Translations under genes and position numbers: made by a program
Shown: one piece after another, positions 14,738-27,097 of the stretch
Numbering within the stretch: the first letter of the stretch is position 1
How the letters are laid out: each line of letters opens with the position of its first letter
The notes under the pieces: generated by a model
Told to the model about the DNA's origin: nothing
The model's input: the letters and a program-made list of their open reading frames with translations, nothing else
Database searches by the model: none
Origin: Octopus sinensis
Taxonomy: Eukaryota
NCBI RefSeq assembly: GCF_006345805.1
Contig: NC_043010.1
Span: 39,742,001 to 39,806,000 of the forward strand
Direction of reading: 5' to 3'
DNA: 64,000 bases

Positions 14738-14743
<6 letters not shown>
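13702..14743. mobile_element. About 1-kb non-coding element with 250-bp terminal direct repeats (non-autonomous PLE with pseudo-LTRs, or TRIM-like)
   Basis: 13702-13951 and 14494-14743 differ at about 3 positions by eye; copy 1 runs TG...CA; 542-bp CT-rich interior; flanked by TA repeats. Confidence 0.75.
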
Positions 14744-14813
<70 letters not shown>

Positions 14814-14934
14814 AATATATGTATACAAAGTGTTTCGCTCATCTTCGGTCTATGGGATCCGCTCACAGGACTTTGGTCGATCCAGGGCCTTTAATTTTCA
14901 AAATCTCTTGTTTGATATTAATTGGTAGAAGGGG

Positions 14935-15261
14935 AGATTTTCTTCTACCTGCTCGCCCATAATACACACGTTCTTCGACTAACTTCTAGCTGTCTTGTCA
15001 TGTCAGAAGCCTTCGAACGCGGCTCGTTTTCCACAATTCTCTTCAAACAGTGAAGCTTCATTTCTTCTAGCGCAGATCGGCCGGGACGAGAATTTGTTGA
15101 TTCTTTTCCTTGACATTTTGCGCTATAATTCCATTAACAGAAGCCAGAGGAATTTGGAGATTTCCGGCAATTTTTCGCTGGGTAAGACCAGCCTCAGCTT
15201 GCCCAACAATACGACCTCTTCCAAAATTGGACAGTTCTGCTGAATTTTTTGTGCGTGGCAA
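14935..15261 (-). pseudogene. Tc1-like transposase N-terminal HTH region
   Basis: (M)PRTKNSAELSNFGRGRIVGQAEAGLTQRKIAGNLQIPLASVNGII, then a frameshift to GKESTNSRPGR...LKRIVENEPRSKASDM; typical Tc1 paired-like domain with GRP-like linker; start codon mutated to TTG. Confidence 0.85.
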
Positions 15262-15410
15262 GGTTTCTCTTCGCAATTGTTTAATACAATGGCACCTGAA
15301 ATGAAAAAGAATAATTACACAGTAAATTCTACACCGCTGAAAACATATTAATACGCTTAGATCAGACAATTTGAAAAACAAAAGAGTCTGTTTACTTCTT
15401 GCATGTCTGT

Positions 15411-15452
<42 letters not shown>

Positions 15453-16792
15453 TTATATATATGTGTGTGTGTGTGTGTGTTGAGTTTGTGTGTATATTTC
15501 TATGTATGTTTATGTCTGTGTGCAGATTGCTATTCATCACTCTATGCAATTACAACCACTTTTTTTTTTCCTTTACTTTTTTGTCTTATTAATTCCGCAA
15601 GACATTGAAAGAGAAATGCGAAGTTTTTTTTTAACGGAAGGAATCCACAGCTTCCTACAAGTTCATATGCAGTTCTCATCACAAGTAACAGACAAAGATT
15701 TGTACATAACCGCATCACAGACACATATAATATAAGTACATATACTTATGTACCAGTTGACAAAAACAAAAAAAATTGCAATCATTGCTTATACTATAAT
15801 AGATGAACGTATAATCAATAAAAGAAAATCACCTGAGAACGCAGAATGTACTGCACCAAATATAATATTCCCTTCTTATCAATCAGAACGAAGCATTAAG
15901 AAATTAGTAAAAGACGTTCACGTCTAGCAAAGTGGGCCATATTATCGACAAAAACAGTAGAAAGAAGAACTCTCTAGTATGACAAGTTACTAATAGCTGA
16001 AATAAAAGAAAAAAAATATGTGTACTTATGTATCATAATATAAGGAATACATATATCTATAGAACAATCTAGAACTTACTCAGGAATATCTTTCTTTGCA
16101 TTGATCAAATTTAGAGCTTTTAATGTTGTTATTTTTTGTTTCGTTTTGTTTTATACAGTTACGGAAAGAGCAATTGAATATGCTGCGAATAAACTCGGCT
16201 TACGCTTCGAAATTTGCTCTGCCGATTCAGTACTTTAAAGCTTATGAACGTCAAATTGATGCATTAGGTTCGGCTGAATATAACATGGCATGAAGCCAAA
16301 TTCATTTAGAAGAGAGTGTATTGTATATTAAGTTCAGGTGAACAGACTAAAATTGGAAATTGCATTACCGATTCCTAAGAAATATGAGCTAAATTAGAAT
16401 TAGTGCATCCAGGGCCAAATCTAAATACTGCTAGGAAATTAGTCATTTCGCTAATCACCTCTCCCTTTCTGCCAATCATTGCCATTGTTATGTACACGCA
16501 CGCACAGTCCTTTCGATGTGTGTGTGTACGGGGGCATGTATGTGTGTGTATAAGTACACGTCTATATATGTATATGCACATACACACATCAATATGTTTC
16601 GTTTGCGTATCTGTACTGAAGCACCCGGAGAATACATGTTACAAAATTTGTATCTCACATGTTTGTAACCACTGTATCCATTTACACACACACACACATA
16701 CACACATACACACACACATACACACACACATACACACACACACACATACACACACATATATATAAATTTATACACACGCACATACATATCTG

Positions 16793-16842
<50 letters not shown>

Positions 16843-16863
16843 TATACATATACATGGATATAT

Positions 16864-16919
<56 letters not shown>

Positions 16920-16945
16920 TATATATAACATAATTAGTTTTATAT

Positions 16946-16981
<36 letters not shown>

Positions 16982-17059
16982 AAACGAATTAGACCGTAAT
17001 TAAGTTTTAATTTTTTAACTAAAGAAGGAATATGTATATGTAGAATATTTCTACTAAGT

Positions 17060-17290
17060 ACACCGATATCAGAGCCAAGGTTGGGTTATTAAAGGGATTT
17101 GGTTTGTGGTCTTTTAAAATAAAACGTGGTTGTTTAGGTTCAAGAGTTTCAGTTTTCAACTACAAGTAATATTTTTCCTTGACTTCCTTAGCCTCAAGTT
17201 TGGCTTTCCTGAGAGCACTTTTACCAGTGATCCTATAATTACTTTGTATTTCTTTCCTAAGCAATTCCAGGTAGTAATCCATGGTAAGTC
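17060..17290 (-). pseudogene. Penelope-like element, region just upstream of the RT core
   Basis: Reads YLELLRKEIQSNYR...[42 protein letters not shown]; the LKDHKxNFxNNPxxRLI motif is characteristic of PLEs. Confidence 0.8.
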
Positions 17291-17429
17291 TGAATATCAC
17301 ATTGAACAAGCATCCCATCAATGCTGTGAATTTCTTTGGTGATATTGAGAAGAAACCTCAGATATTTATTCTTTTATGGGGGAACAATGGAATTTCACAG
17401 TACCGCATATGGGAGATACCCGTTTTTTA

Positions 17430-17705
17430 ATCTCCATTGATACGTAATAAATATAAGTCTGGGATTTAAAGATAATTACCCAAATACTAAGGTTGGTTCT
17501 AGTAAAAGAATTTGGTTGATCATTCCATTTGATAATGAGATCAAATCCAAACTCCCTCAGAAATTTCGTGAGGCTATAGACAAGAATTTTCCAAAGAATT
17601 CCAGAAACCATTCCATAATCAATTCAGACCGAATTAGGATAGGTTTTTCAAACACCAAAAGCCTTTCCCAAATCATTTCATCACATATCCAAATGTTATA
17701 GAATA
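17430..17705 (+). pseudogene. Penelope-like element, RT-to-endonuclease linker
   Basis: KRIWLIIPFDNEIKSKLPQKFREAIDKNFPKNSRNHSIINSDRIRIGFSNTKSLSQIISSH parallels the PLE linker (IIWFNPP...IDKHFP...KIFN...K.SYS...IISSHN) and the copy at 31.7 kb. Confidence 0.78.
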
Positions 17706-17959
17706 CAAATCCACTTAATGTAAATAATAACAGTGATTTTATTAAAGTTAACCATTCTTTGAAATATATATATATTAATATCTATATGAGTTTTCGTTTT
17801 TTTATATATATATTAATATCTATATGAGTTTTCGTTTTTTATGGTTTTTTTAAAGAATTTGTAGAAAGGTTTGTATATTCCAATATACATATATATATAT
17901 GTGTGTGTGTGTTTATACATACATGTATGTATGTATATATATATATATACACTCACATT

Positions 17960-18006
<47 letters not shown>

Positions 18007-18033
18007 CCATTCTATATAGTTAACCATTCTTTG

Positions 18034-18101
<68 letters not shown>

Positions 18102-18606
18102 TTACATACATATAATCTTACATATATAATATATATACGCGATGGTATCAAAAAGTTATATGTTTAATAAAATAATAACGTACTTACCTAAGTGTTATCA
18201 CCACCTCCTTAGAAATAGTATGTATGTATGTATGTAGATCTACACTTGTAAGAACAAAACAATATGTAAAATTAGAGAAACGTCTAGACAAAGTTTGCTG
18301 CGAAGCAACACAAACACACTGAAAACTAATATCTTCATATCATCGCTGACGTTAAATATTTCCATAAATATATATCATGCCTTGCTTAAATAAATGTCTG
18401 AACACACTCAGAGGGGAATATCTACGTGGTCTTTTGACATGCAGTTTTTTTCTGCTGCTTCATCCTTCGACACACTATTTACTTTCTGAAGAAAAAAACA
18501 CAAAAAAAAACAAATAAAAAAAGCAAAAAAGGACACAACGTTGTCGCTGCTATGAAGAAAATACAGGATGCTCACAATTGGAACGTCGTTGTTTATAGGC
18601 ATGCAG

Positions 18607-18834
18607 TGTCGGAGCTGATAGAACCGTTAGCACGCCGGGCGAAATGCGTATCCGTATTTTGTCTGGCGTTACGTTCTACGTTCAAATTCCGCTGCAGTCG
18701 ACTTTGCCTTTCATCCTTTCGGGGTCGATAAATTAAGTACCAGTTACGTACTGAGGTCGATGTAATCGACTTAATCCGTTTGTCTGTCCTTGTTTGTTCC
18801 CTCTATATTTAGCCCCTTGTGGGTAATAAAGAAA
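18607..18834 (+). mobile_element. SINE group B monomer (tRNA-like head plus Meta/MESC-like central domain)
   Basis: gttagcacgccgggcgaaatg...gttcaaattcc...gtcgactttgcctttcatcctttcggggtcgataaattaagtaccag...ccccttgtgggtaataaagaaa; the domain name is recalled, not verified. Confidence 0.93.
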
Positions 18835-18906
18835 CGGATATCTGCCAAAGTTACAACAAGGATACCTGTTAAAGTTTGTGACATTTTGTACAAAAGTGGT
18901 TATATA

Positions 18907-19450
18907 TTGGGTTGTCCGGATAGTTCGTGCCAATTTATAATAGCTTACATTTCGACTTTTTAACTACAGGATTTAACTACATCTCCATTTAGAGCACAGT
19001 TTAAGCTATCTTTTCGTGGACGTAGGTTTATGTTCCTATAACCTGTGTTAATTCTGTAACCCTCTAAAATGGAAGTAAGAAAGTTCATTTTCGGCACTTG
19101 ATGTTTGGGAACCAGACAAAAATTGCTGCAGCTCGACTGGGATGTGTTACTCTACCCTCCGTATTCACCAGATATTGCTCCTTCGGATTTCCACTTATTC
19201 AGGTCTCTGCAGAATAGACTTAATGGTAAAAAATTAAATTACTTGGATGACGTAAAAAGATACCTTGATGAATTCTTTGCCATGAAATCACCTCAATTCT
19301 GGGAAGAGGGTATTTTCAAGTTAAAGGAAAGATAGAGACGCATTGTGCAACAAAATCGTTAATATTGGGTTGATTAAAAATGTAATGGCAAGTATTTATA
19401 GACCTTTTTCTTTCCTTTAAAAATCGGCACGAACTTTCCGGACAACCCAA
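18907..19450 (+). mobile_element. Internally deleted mariner (DD34D) derivative with intact TIRs
   Basis: TIRs ttgggttgtccggatagttcgtgcc / ggcacgaactttccggacaacccaa, TA on both sides; ATG at 19069 (MEV...) fused to C-terminal TRQKLLQLDWDVLLYPPYSPDIAPSDFHLFRSLQN. Confidence 0.95.
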
Positions 19451-20514
19451 TACATTCAATATAATTATTCTTCAATATGATAATTCAAAATTAAAGATGA
19501 ACGTTGTTTTAGCAAGTAACATTATTGAAATTTTGATCACTCGTTTTTTATTCAAACGAGGGTTATACCTTACTGTGGCATCATATGAAATATGAAGATA
19601 CAATGACAGCTCCCAGAACATTGTTATATCTTTATTAGCATAATAATAATCTATCAAAGAAGGAGCTGCTACATAATGGTATAATCAACTCTCTAAAATT
19701 TCAATAATGGATGTCGCAATAGCCATTTAAATTTGATAAACGGAAAGAAAGAAAAAATAATAATTGAGAGCTTAAAAACGTGGAATGAAGCGTTAACAAT
19801 TTATGAACCTCCTCCCATACACACGCCCACCACCACTGCTATTTTTGTTACCTCTTTTCATGCCACTATTTCAATGTTGGGAATAAAACAGTATAACCGT
19901 TAGAAAAGATTGTTCATGGTGCTTTTCAAATTACATCTAATAAATGGCAGAGCAAAATTTAACCCTTGAAAGAGTTTTAAAGGTATAATTTCATGATTAT
20001 AATTCTGAAGCTTTTTCGTTTTGAGAATTAATCGATCAAGGCTTAATGAGGGGGTTTGACAAAAGATGTCGAGCAGAAAAGCAACACTTGTAAGAGACAT
20101 TGTTTAAGATGTGTGAACCTTTGAGATCTGTAGACAATAAATCACAAAAAGAAATATTATCAAGATTTTTGCATGGTCTAAGATAAACATCCACCTCAGA
20201 AAAGTGCGAATACCTATCCCATTAATCAATGCAGCTTATATGTTTCCACGCTACATGCGAAAAGTAGCAGCTAAGTTTCCTTTCTACCTCAGCCATCACT
20301 CTAGGAGAATTGAAACTTAGATACTCCTCATTATAGATTGCTCCACGTCTGAGCCATTACAATATTTATGATTCACTATTGTCTGTGTGCGTTAGTTTGG
20401 GCGGCTAACAAGTATATATATATATATACATACATCCATACATCCATACACACATACACACACACACACATATATATGAATTATTACCCTGTGAAATGAA
20501 AGCCAAATTTCATA

Positions 20515-20552
<38 letters not shown>

Positions 20553-22399
20553 TGCGGGCAATGAGGCCCCTTTTATTCTGTCAATATGTTAGCTAGAAAT
20601 GCTACTAATAGTAATTAAAATTCCTATAAGCAACTATGTACTACTCCTTACAAAATATATGTATCAGACAAATTTACCCTGGGTAGATTATGATAAAATG
20701 AACGACAAGATTGGTTCACACGGTACGATCGTCTCATAGAACCTCTGGCCGAAACGCCAACAAAACAATTCGATATACACATTCAGACACAAAATTGGTG
20801 ACGCAAACACTCAATTCTGTTCGCACGTAAATCTCCGAAGAACCGATGAAATACATAGAATTACAGTCTTAATGTATGTTATATCAAATATACCTTACCA
20901 CTTTGCAAAATTGTGTATTTGTGAAACTATGGTATTGTAACACGTACGTTTTGATTAAGTGTTAAATGAGTTCATTTTTTTTAAACAATATTTTATTTTA
21001 TACTTAAAATTCCCTATGCGATTCGCATCACATGGTTGTCATTAACGTCAAATATGGAACAACTTTGTGTCAACTGAAATTAGTTACTTTCAGTAATTTG
21101 TCATAATGTTTTACTTGATAAAGATTATACATTCCTGTTCCACCAAGATATTTTCAGAAGTTTAATTATTGTAAAAGGAATGAATATTGCTTTTAAAATT
21201 AATCAAATATTTTCCTCATAACTATTCACGGCAACAGATCTTGCTGTCTTAACGTTAATGTTACTTTCAGAATATTGCTCTCTAGTGTAGTCTAGCTCTG
21301 AACATTATTACTCTAGTTGTTTCTGGTGAAGAAAAGCATAACCGACGATCATTATTAATAATTGAAGTGACCGGGAGAAACATAACCGAATCCTAAGAAG
21401 CCAAATTCTGGTCCAAATGATTAAGAAGTAACTCAAAATACAGCTCATAACGCTAACATGTAGTGATAAATCTATTTTTTTAAATCCAGTTTTTCCCCCA
21501 TCCACAATGAGGAAACGTCGTTCAAGCAGGATTCTGCAGTTTCGATCTACCAAATTTTGCACGATTGATATTTCCGAAGCAAACATTTCTTTACGCAAGA
21601 TATTTCATAATCGTATTATTAGGTTTGACTTCATTATTATAAACTGTACAAGGTGATGAAAGCGCAAACTAGGCTACCAGAGTTTTTGAGTAGAATATTG
21701 TACTTGGCTCGGCTCGAAATTTCTAGTACCGTGCCATGCTTCTAAGAAAATTCATGTATATATGAACTGTATTATGCTACATACTATGCATACATATTCT
21801 AATTGTTGCGTGTTATATTTAAGCTTGTCATTCATTTTTTCTTTCACTTTTGTTAGATATATTTATCCCAGTCTTATTTTGTAGCCCCTCTCTTTTCTAT
21901 TTCCGACACTTGTCACATAAGGAGGTCCCTACACAATTTTTACATCTCCAGCACAACGATGGATCTTCTACTTGTGCTTTCTATTTTCCTAGAGTTTCCG
22001 ATTTCTCTTGTATTTTATTACATACCGTATTATTATTTCTTTATTTTCACCATCTTGTTTACATTACTAGCTTACATATGTGTTACTTTGTCTTGTGTTG
22101 TGTTCTGGATTCTTTTTGTCATAAGCTGCTGCTGAATGCAAGATTTCTATCTCAACCAGAAGACAGAAAATAAAACAAACGCAGAATGAAGGAAATTTTA
22201 AGCAAGCCTATTTATATGAATTAATCAACTCTGTCCATAGTAACTAAGTTATATCGCATAAAACAATGGAGGCAAAAACTGTAGCAAATAGTGTTACGCT
22301 ATCTTCCTAAATGATCTGAGTGAATGCAGGAAGTAAAAAAGAAATAGTCCAACAGCCTTGCAAGAAGACAAGTAACATAAAACGCAAACAGACAAAGTT

Positions 22400-22609
22400 A
22401 CAGAGCGTAATATTCCGAAGAATAAAATGTGTACACACATAAATATATACGCGCACACATATAACACATGTGTGTGTATATATGTATACACACACACACA
22501 CATATATGCGTAAACCTGTATATATGCATACATGTAAACATGTATGCATGCATATATGTACATATATGTATATATATGTATGTATGCGTATGTTTATGTA
22601 CGTATAAAG

Positions 22610-22647
<38 letters not shown>

Positions 22648-22690
22648 TACATATATATACATATATATATATATATATAATACACACACG

Positions 22691-22722
<32 letters not shown>

Positions 22723-23290
22723 CATACATATAATTGTGTGTGAATATATATATATATATATATATACATATATATACACACACGCACGACCTCACACACT
22801 CATGCATATATATACACAAGCATACTCACAGGCACATACATATATTTAGATACACACACACTCATACGCATTTACACACACACACATACATACATGCCCA
22901 CTCCATCTTACGCACACGTGCGAACAAACATTCACCCACACACAAAATTTTCACCTCCTTCGACGGAATCAGACGCTAGCCACTGACGGGCTCGGTGGCT
23001 GGTACAAACACAAACACACACCGCACCCTGAAACTACCACAACACACACACACTACTCACACAAACACACTCCAATTATATGAGAGTATCTGTGCGTGTA
23101 TTATACATATATAAATATATGCATTGTTTTATTCTTTTGCGTGTTTAAGTAATTTGACTGCGGCCATATTACTCACACAAACACAAACACACACGCACTG
23201 AGATACTAATTAACACACACACACGCACATACTACTCACACAAAAAATACACGCACAGTGATACTACCACACACACACACACATTCATAT
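22400..23290. repeat. Compound (TA)n/(CA)n/(TG)n microsatellite block with degenerate CA-rich units
   Basis: Visible repeats; recurring tactcacacaaa-type motif. Confidence 0.9.
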
Positions 23291-23412
23291 TCATCATCTC
23301 CGTACTCTCCTCTCACAAAAAGTCACTTTTCGCTATCTCTTTCTACTTCCGGTCACTGCAGTAATGTGCTGTTGGCGACGACTATTCCCCATTTGGACTT
23401 CCCGTGTTTTAC

Positions 23413-23560
23413 TTTCCGACGAACAACTATGCTCGAAACGTCAAACTTTCACATTTCACCGAGCGCCAAAGTAATACATTTCTCAAGCAGGGCCATTTGT
23501 TGCCCGTTAATTTTACTCGTTTATTTCAATGGATTGTTTATTTGAAATAACTATATATAG
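23413..23560 (+). mobile_element. PLE-type terminal remnant with a degenerate hammerhead-like motif
   Basis: TTT-CCGACGA-ACAACTATGCTC-GAAAC-GTC-AAA followed by ccgagcgccaaagtaatacat, related to the 38.2 and 40.56 kb copies. Confidence 0.55.
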
Positions 23561-23574
23561 TCATTTCGAATAAA

Positions 23575-23615
23575 TGCGATTGGATTTGGTACACGGAAAC
23601 TGAAAGAAGCCCAGC

Positions 23616-23674
<59 letters not shown>

Positions 23675-23932
23675 ATATATGTATGTATGTATGTATGTAT
23701 GCATGTATGTATGTATGTGTGTGTATCCATTTGCGTGTGTCTTTGTGTCTGTGTTGCCCCCACCATTGTTTCGCATCCGATTTTGGTGTGTTTACATCCC
23801 CGTATGCTAGCGATACTATAAAATAAGCACTAGGCTTACAAATAATAAGTCATGGGGTTTGTTTGTTCGACTAAAAAACTCTTTAAGGTGGTTCTCCTGC
23901 ATGGCAGTATTCAATGACTGAAGCGAGTATGA
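23575..23932 (+). mobile_element. SINE group A, 5'-truncated, with expanded internal microsatellite
   Basis: ggatttggtacacggaaactgaaagaagccc-(TA)n(ATGT)n-tgtgtctgtgttgccccc...actaggcttac...gactgaagc. Confidence 0.88.
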
Positions 23933-24089
23933 GTATAACTGAATCCCACTGCGTGGTACCCTCGGTGAATAGATTGTAAACAAATTGCCGGTGAATGAAT
24001 TGTCGTCTAAATTGCCCCAAAATGAAAATAACATTAATATCTAATTTTAACCAAAATTACATTAAAAAATGTCTTGAAATACTAAAGAG

Positions 24090-25115
24090 TAAATTTCTTT
24101 TATAAAACCGCCATTGGCTTCAACTATTCCCTCCAGATGACTTAGGAATCACCTGCAACTCTTCTGGACAATCTCTTTCTCTAAGTTGGTGAATGCTGCC
24201 ATAACCCCTGCCTTCAGTTCATCCTTGGTGTTATACGGAGTTTTGTTGGTCTCTCGCTCAACTGCACCCTACTCGTTATAATCAAGGAGGTTGCAGTCTG
24301 GGGACTTAGGTAGTCAGATGTTAGGAGTGATGTGGTCGCAGAAATTGTCTGATAGCCATGACTGGGTCCTCCTGCTTTTGTGGCATGGTGCAGATTACTG
24401 TTGCCAGATATAAGGTCTTCTATCAGCCATCCTCTTGACGCAGGGCAGCACTATCTCTTCCAGGTACTTGACGTAGACCCCCCTGTTGAGTCTGCCGCCG
24501 TATTGGATGATGTCACCATCACTAGTGATCACTCCAAACATCTAAATCTACACTAGTGATCACTCCAAACATCTACAATCCAACGGTTGTTCTGTGTGTT
24601 CACCATCTGATGCTGGCAGAAATTTTCATCGTCTGAGTAAAATACCAAAGCATGGTCGATTGGAGGGAATGCTTGGCTTAGTTCAAAATCTTCGCAGCGC
24701 GGTCTTACCATTTGTTCTTGATGGCTTGGGATAAAGTTTGCTTTTCTTAACTTGTATGATGGATACCGAATGTCTTCATGCACTACATGACTGATAAGAA
24801 ACTCAGACACTCGTATGTCCGTTTCGATGAACCTGAATGACTTGTCAGGATCGTTGTCAATCATGATATGATCCTCAGCAACTAATTCAGGAATTCTTTT
24901 CTTATCAGAACGATCAGGGTGAGTTTTCCGAGCTGCCGTACCTTCATAATCACAATTAGACTCATCCAACTATTATCGAATATTCTGCAACCTCCTCAGT
25001 TCGACACCCAAAATACTCTGAAATCATCGTATTGGCGCTTCCGACGCGAATGACATGACCTACTGCATGTCATTTCCAAACTTCTGGCAAAATGATTTGC
25101 GTGCGACATAGTGTC
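24090..25115 (-). pseudogene. maT/DD37D-type Tc1/mariner transposase relic
   Basis: FYSDDENFCQHQMVNTQNNRW, MFGVITSDGD and WQQ*SAPCHKS...SPDCNLLDY, with 37 residues between the second (mutated) and third catalytic D by count; several stops and shifts. Confidence 0.9.
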
Positions 25116-25274
25116 GTTCTCTCTCACAGATGGTGCCCAACTGACCCTACTGTACTATGTAGTCAACAAAACCAAAAACAAACAATGCACATGCACGAAC
25201 GTTAAGACATTATATGGTGAAAGTTTACCCATCGCAGCCTGTGTGTCTGTATATATATATATATATATATATGC

Positions 25275-25321
<47 letters not shown>

Positions 25322-25739
25322 CATATGTGTGTATGTATGTATTTATAAATATACATTTAAATGTTTGCATACGTGTGTGAGTTAATAAATATTTGTCTAT
25401 ACATGCTTCGATACAGGCAAACTTTCCTCTATTCTCAAATAACCACATCTGTTGATATATCATGGATATGATGTGGAAAACAAAGCACTTATATAAATGA
25501 TATGCTACAGTTGCAATCGAATAACAAAATCTCTCTCTCTCAATGCTGTCGTAATTCGATGCTTCCATTGTGAGAGAAGCCAACTCAAAGGGATTAATTA
25601 ATGGTTCTTCTATGACACAAATGCCAGCTTTACTTAGCACGCAGAGAATGTTTGTGTAAACTGAGAAAAATACATAAAACAATCATTCGAATAAGTTTAC
25701 ACTTTCTGCAGACTTGCTTTTCAAGGAAATGCATGTATG

Positions 25740-25887
25740 GCAATATATACTTACATGCATACATACATACATACATACATACATAATACATACATACATA
25801 CATACATACATACATTCATACATATATATATATATATATTATATATATATATATATATATACATACATATATATATATATATATGTG

Positions 25888-25921
<34 letters not shown>

Positions 25922-26336
25922 TGTATGTATGTATGTATGTATGCATGTTTGCATGCCTGTATGTATATGTTAGTATATGTGGGGGGGGGTGCACGAGAGT
26001 GAAAGTATATGAGTGTGTAGACGTGTGATTAGTGAGCAAGTATGATTATAAAGCAGAATATCAAACTATTTACATTGACTTCAGTTTGCTGTATGTCTGT
26101 CAGGCTGTACGCTCGTCCATTAATGTGTGTATGTCTCTGAAGTTTTATACTTATGTACATATATGTATGTGTGTGTGTATGTGTGTGTGTATGTGTGTGT
26201 ACGCATGTATGTGTATATATAAATATATATATATATCAAAATATATGCTTGTATATATGTGTGTATAGCGATATGTAAACACTTATACATACATATGCAT
26301 ATATGCATGCGCATGTGTCGCTATATATATATATAT

Positions 26337-26378
<42 letters not shown>

Positions 26379-26390
26379 TATATATTGTAT
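25740..26390. repeat. (TACA)n/(TA)n/(ATGT)n/(TG)n microsatellite block
   Basis: Visible tandem repeats. Confidence 0.93.
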
Positions 26391-26781
26391 ATTTATTGGT
26401 GTGTCATTTTATTTACACCCAAATGTATAAATATACCAAGCTACAAAAATCATTTAATATATGTGTGTGTCTGTGTATACACATACATACATACAAACTA
26501 AGTGTATATTTTATTATCTTGTGTGAGTCTCTACTGGTACGTATGCATTTAAAGGGGAAATGTGTATAATTGTGCGTCTCATTGTACCATAGACACCTAA
26601 CCTGTTTTCATTTGGAGCATACAGAAAATCCCTAGCTTCGTACATATGTGCAGATGACGCAACATAGGAACGAATACATTTTATTTATGTGTGCATACAT
26701 ATACGTGTGTGAGTGTGTTTATATATATGTATAAATATATATGTATGTTTTATATATATATATATATATATTATATTATAT

Positions 26782-26812
<31 letters not shown>

Positions 26813-26962
26813 TATATGTGTGTGTGTGTACACACACGTACATTTATATAAATAAGGATAAGATCGTTATTTAAAATCCTTACCATATCAGGTGGGAATA
26901 AAAACCTCATGGGTAATAATTATTATTAAAATTATGATTAAGGGCTTCTAGAAGATACCAGT

Positions 26963-27042
26963 ATGCTAGATATTGCAGCCAAAACTTGACTCTAAAACAT
27001 TTAATGTGCTTTTAGAGTCAAGTTTTGGTTGCTGTTTCCAGC
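26963..27042. repeat. Short inverted repeat (hairpin) carrying the GCTAGAAAT.CAGCCAAA MITE-end motif
   Basis: Arms 26975-26997 and 27010-27032 pair over 23 nt (one G.T in the plus strand), 12-nt loop; outer motif shared with the MITE at 45550. Confidence 0.85.
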
Positions 27043-27097
27043 GTGGTGGTATCTCTCAGACACCCTTAATTATAATTTTATATATATACGTGTGTAG

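Noticed and set aside
15830-15996. Minus-strand segment between a strong acceptor and a CAG|GTGAT donor
   Set aside because: All three frames contain stops; it could only be a non-coding exon and there is no supporting evidence.
16159-16293. Plus-strand acceptor followed by a 44-codon open frame
   Set aside because: No recognisable homology, and the length is within chance expectation.
21308-21598. Protein-like ORF or RLE echo (IIEVT)
   Set aside because: The motif is too short and surrounding residues do not fit.
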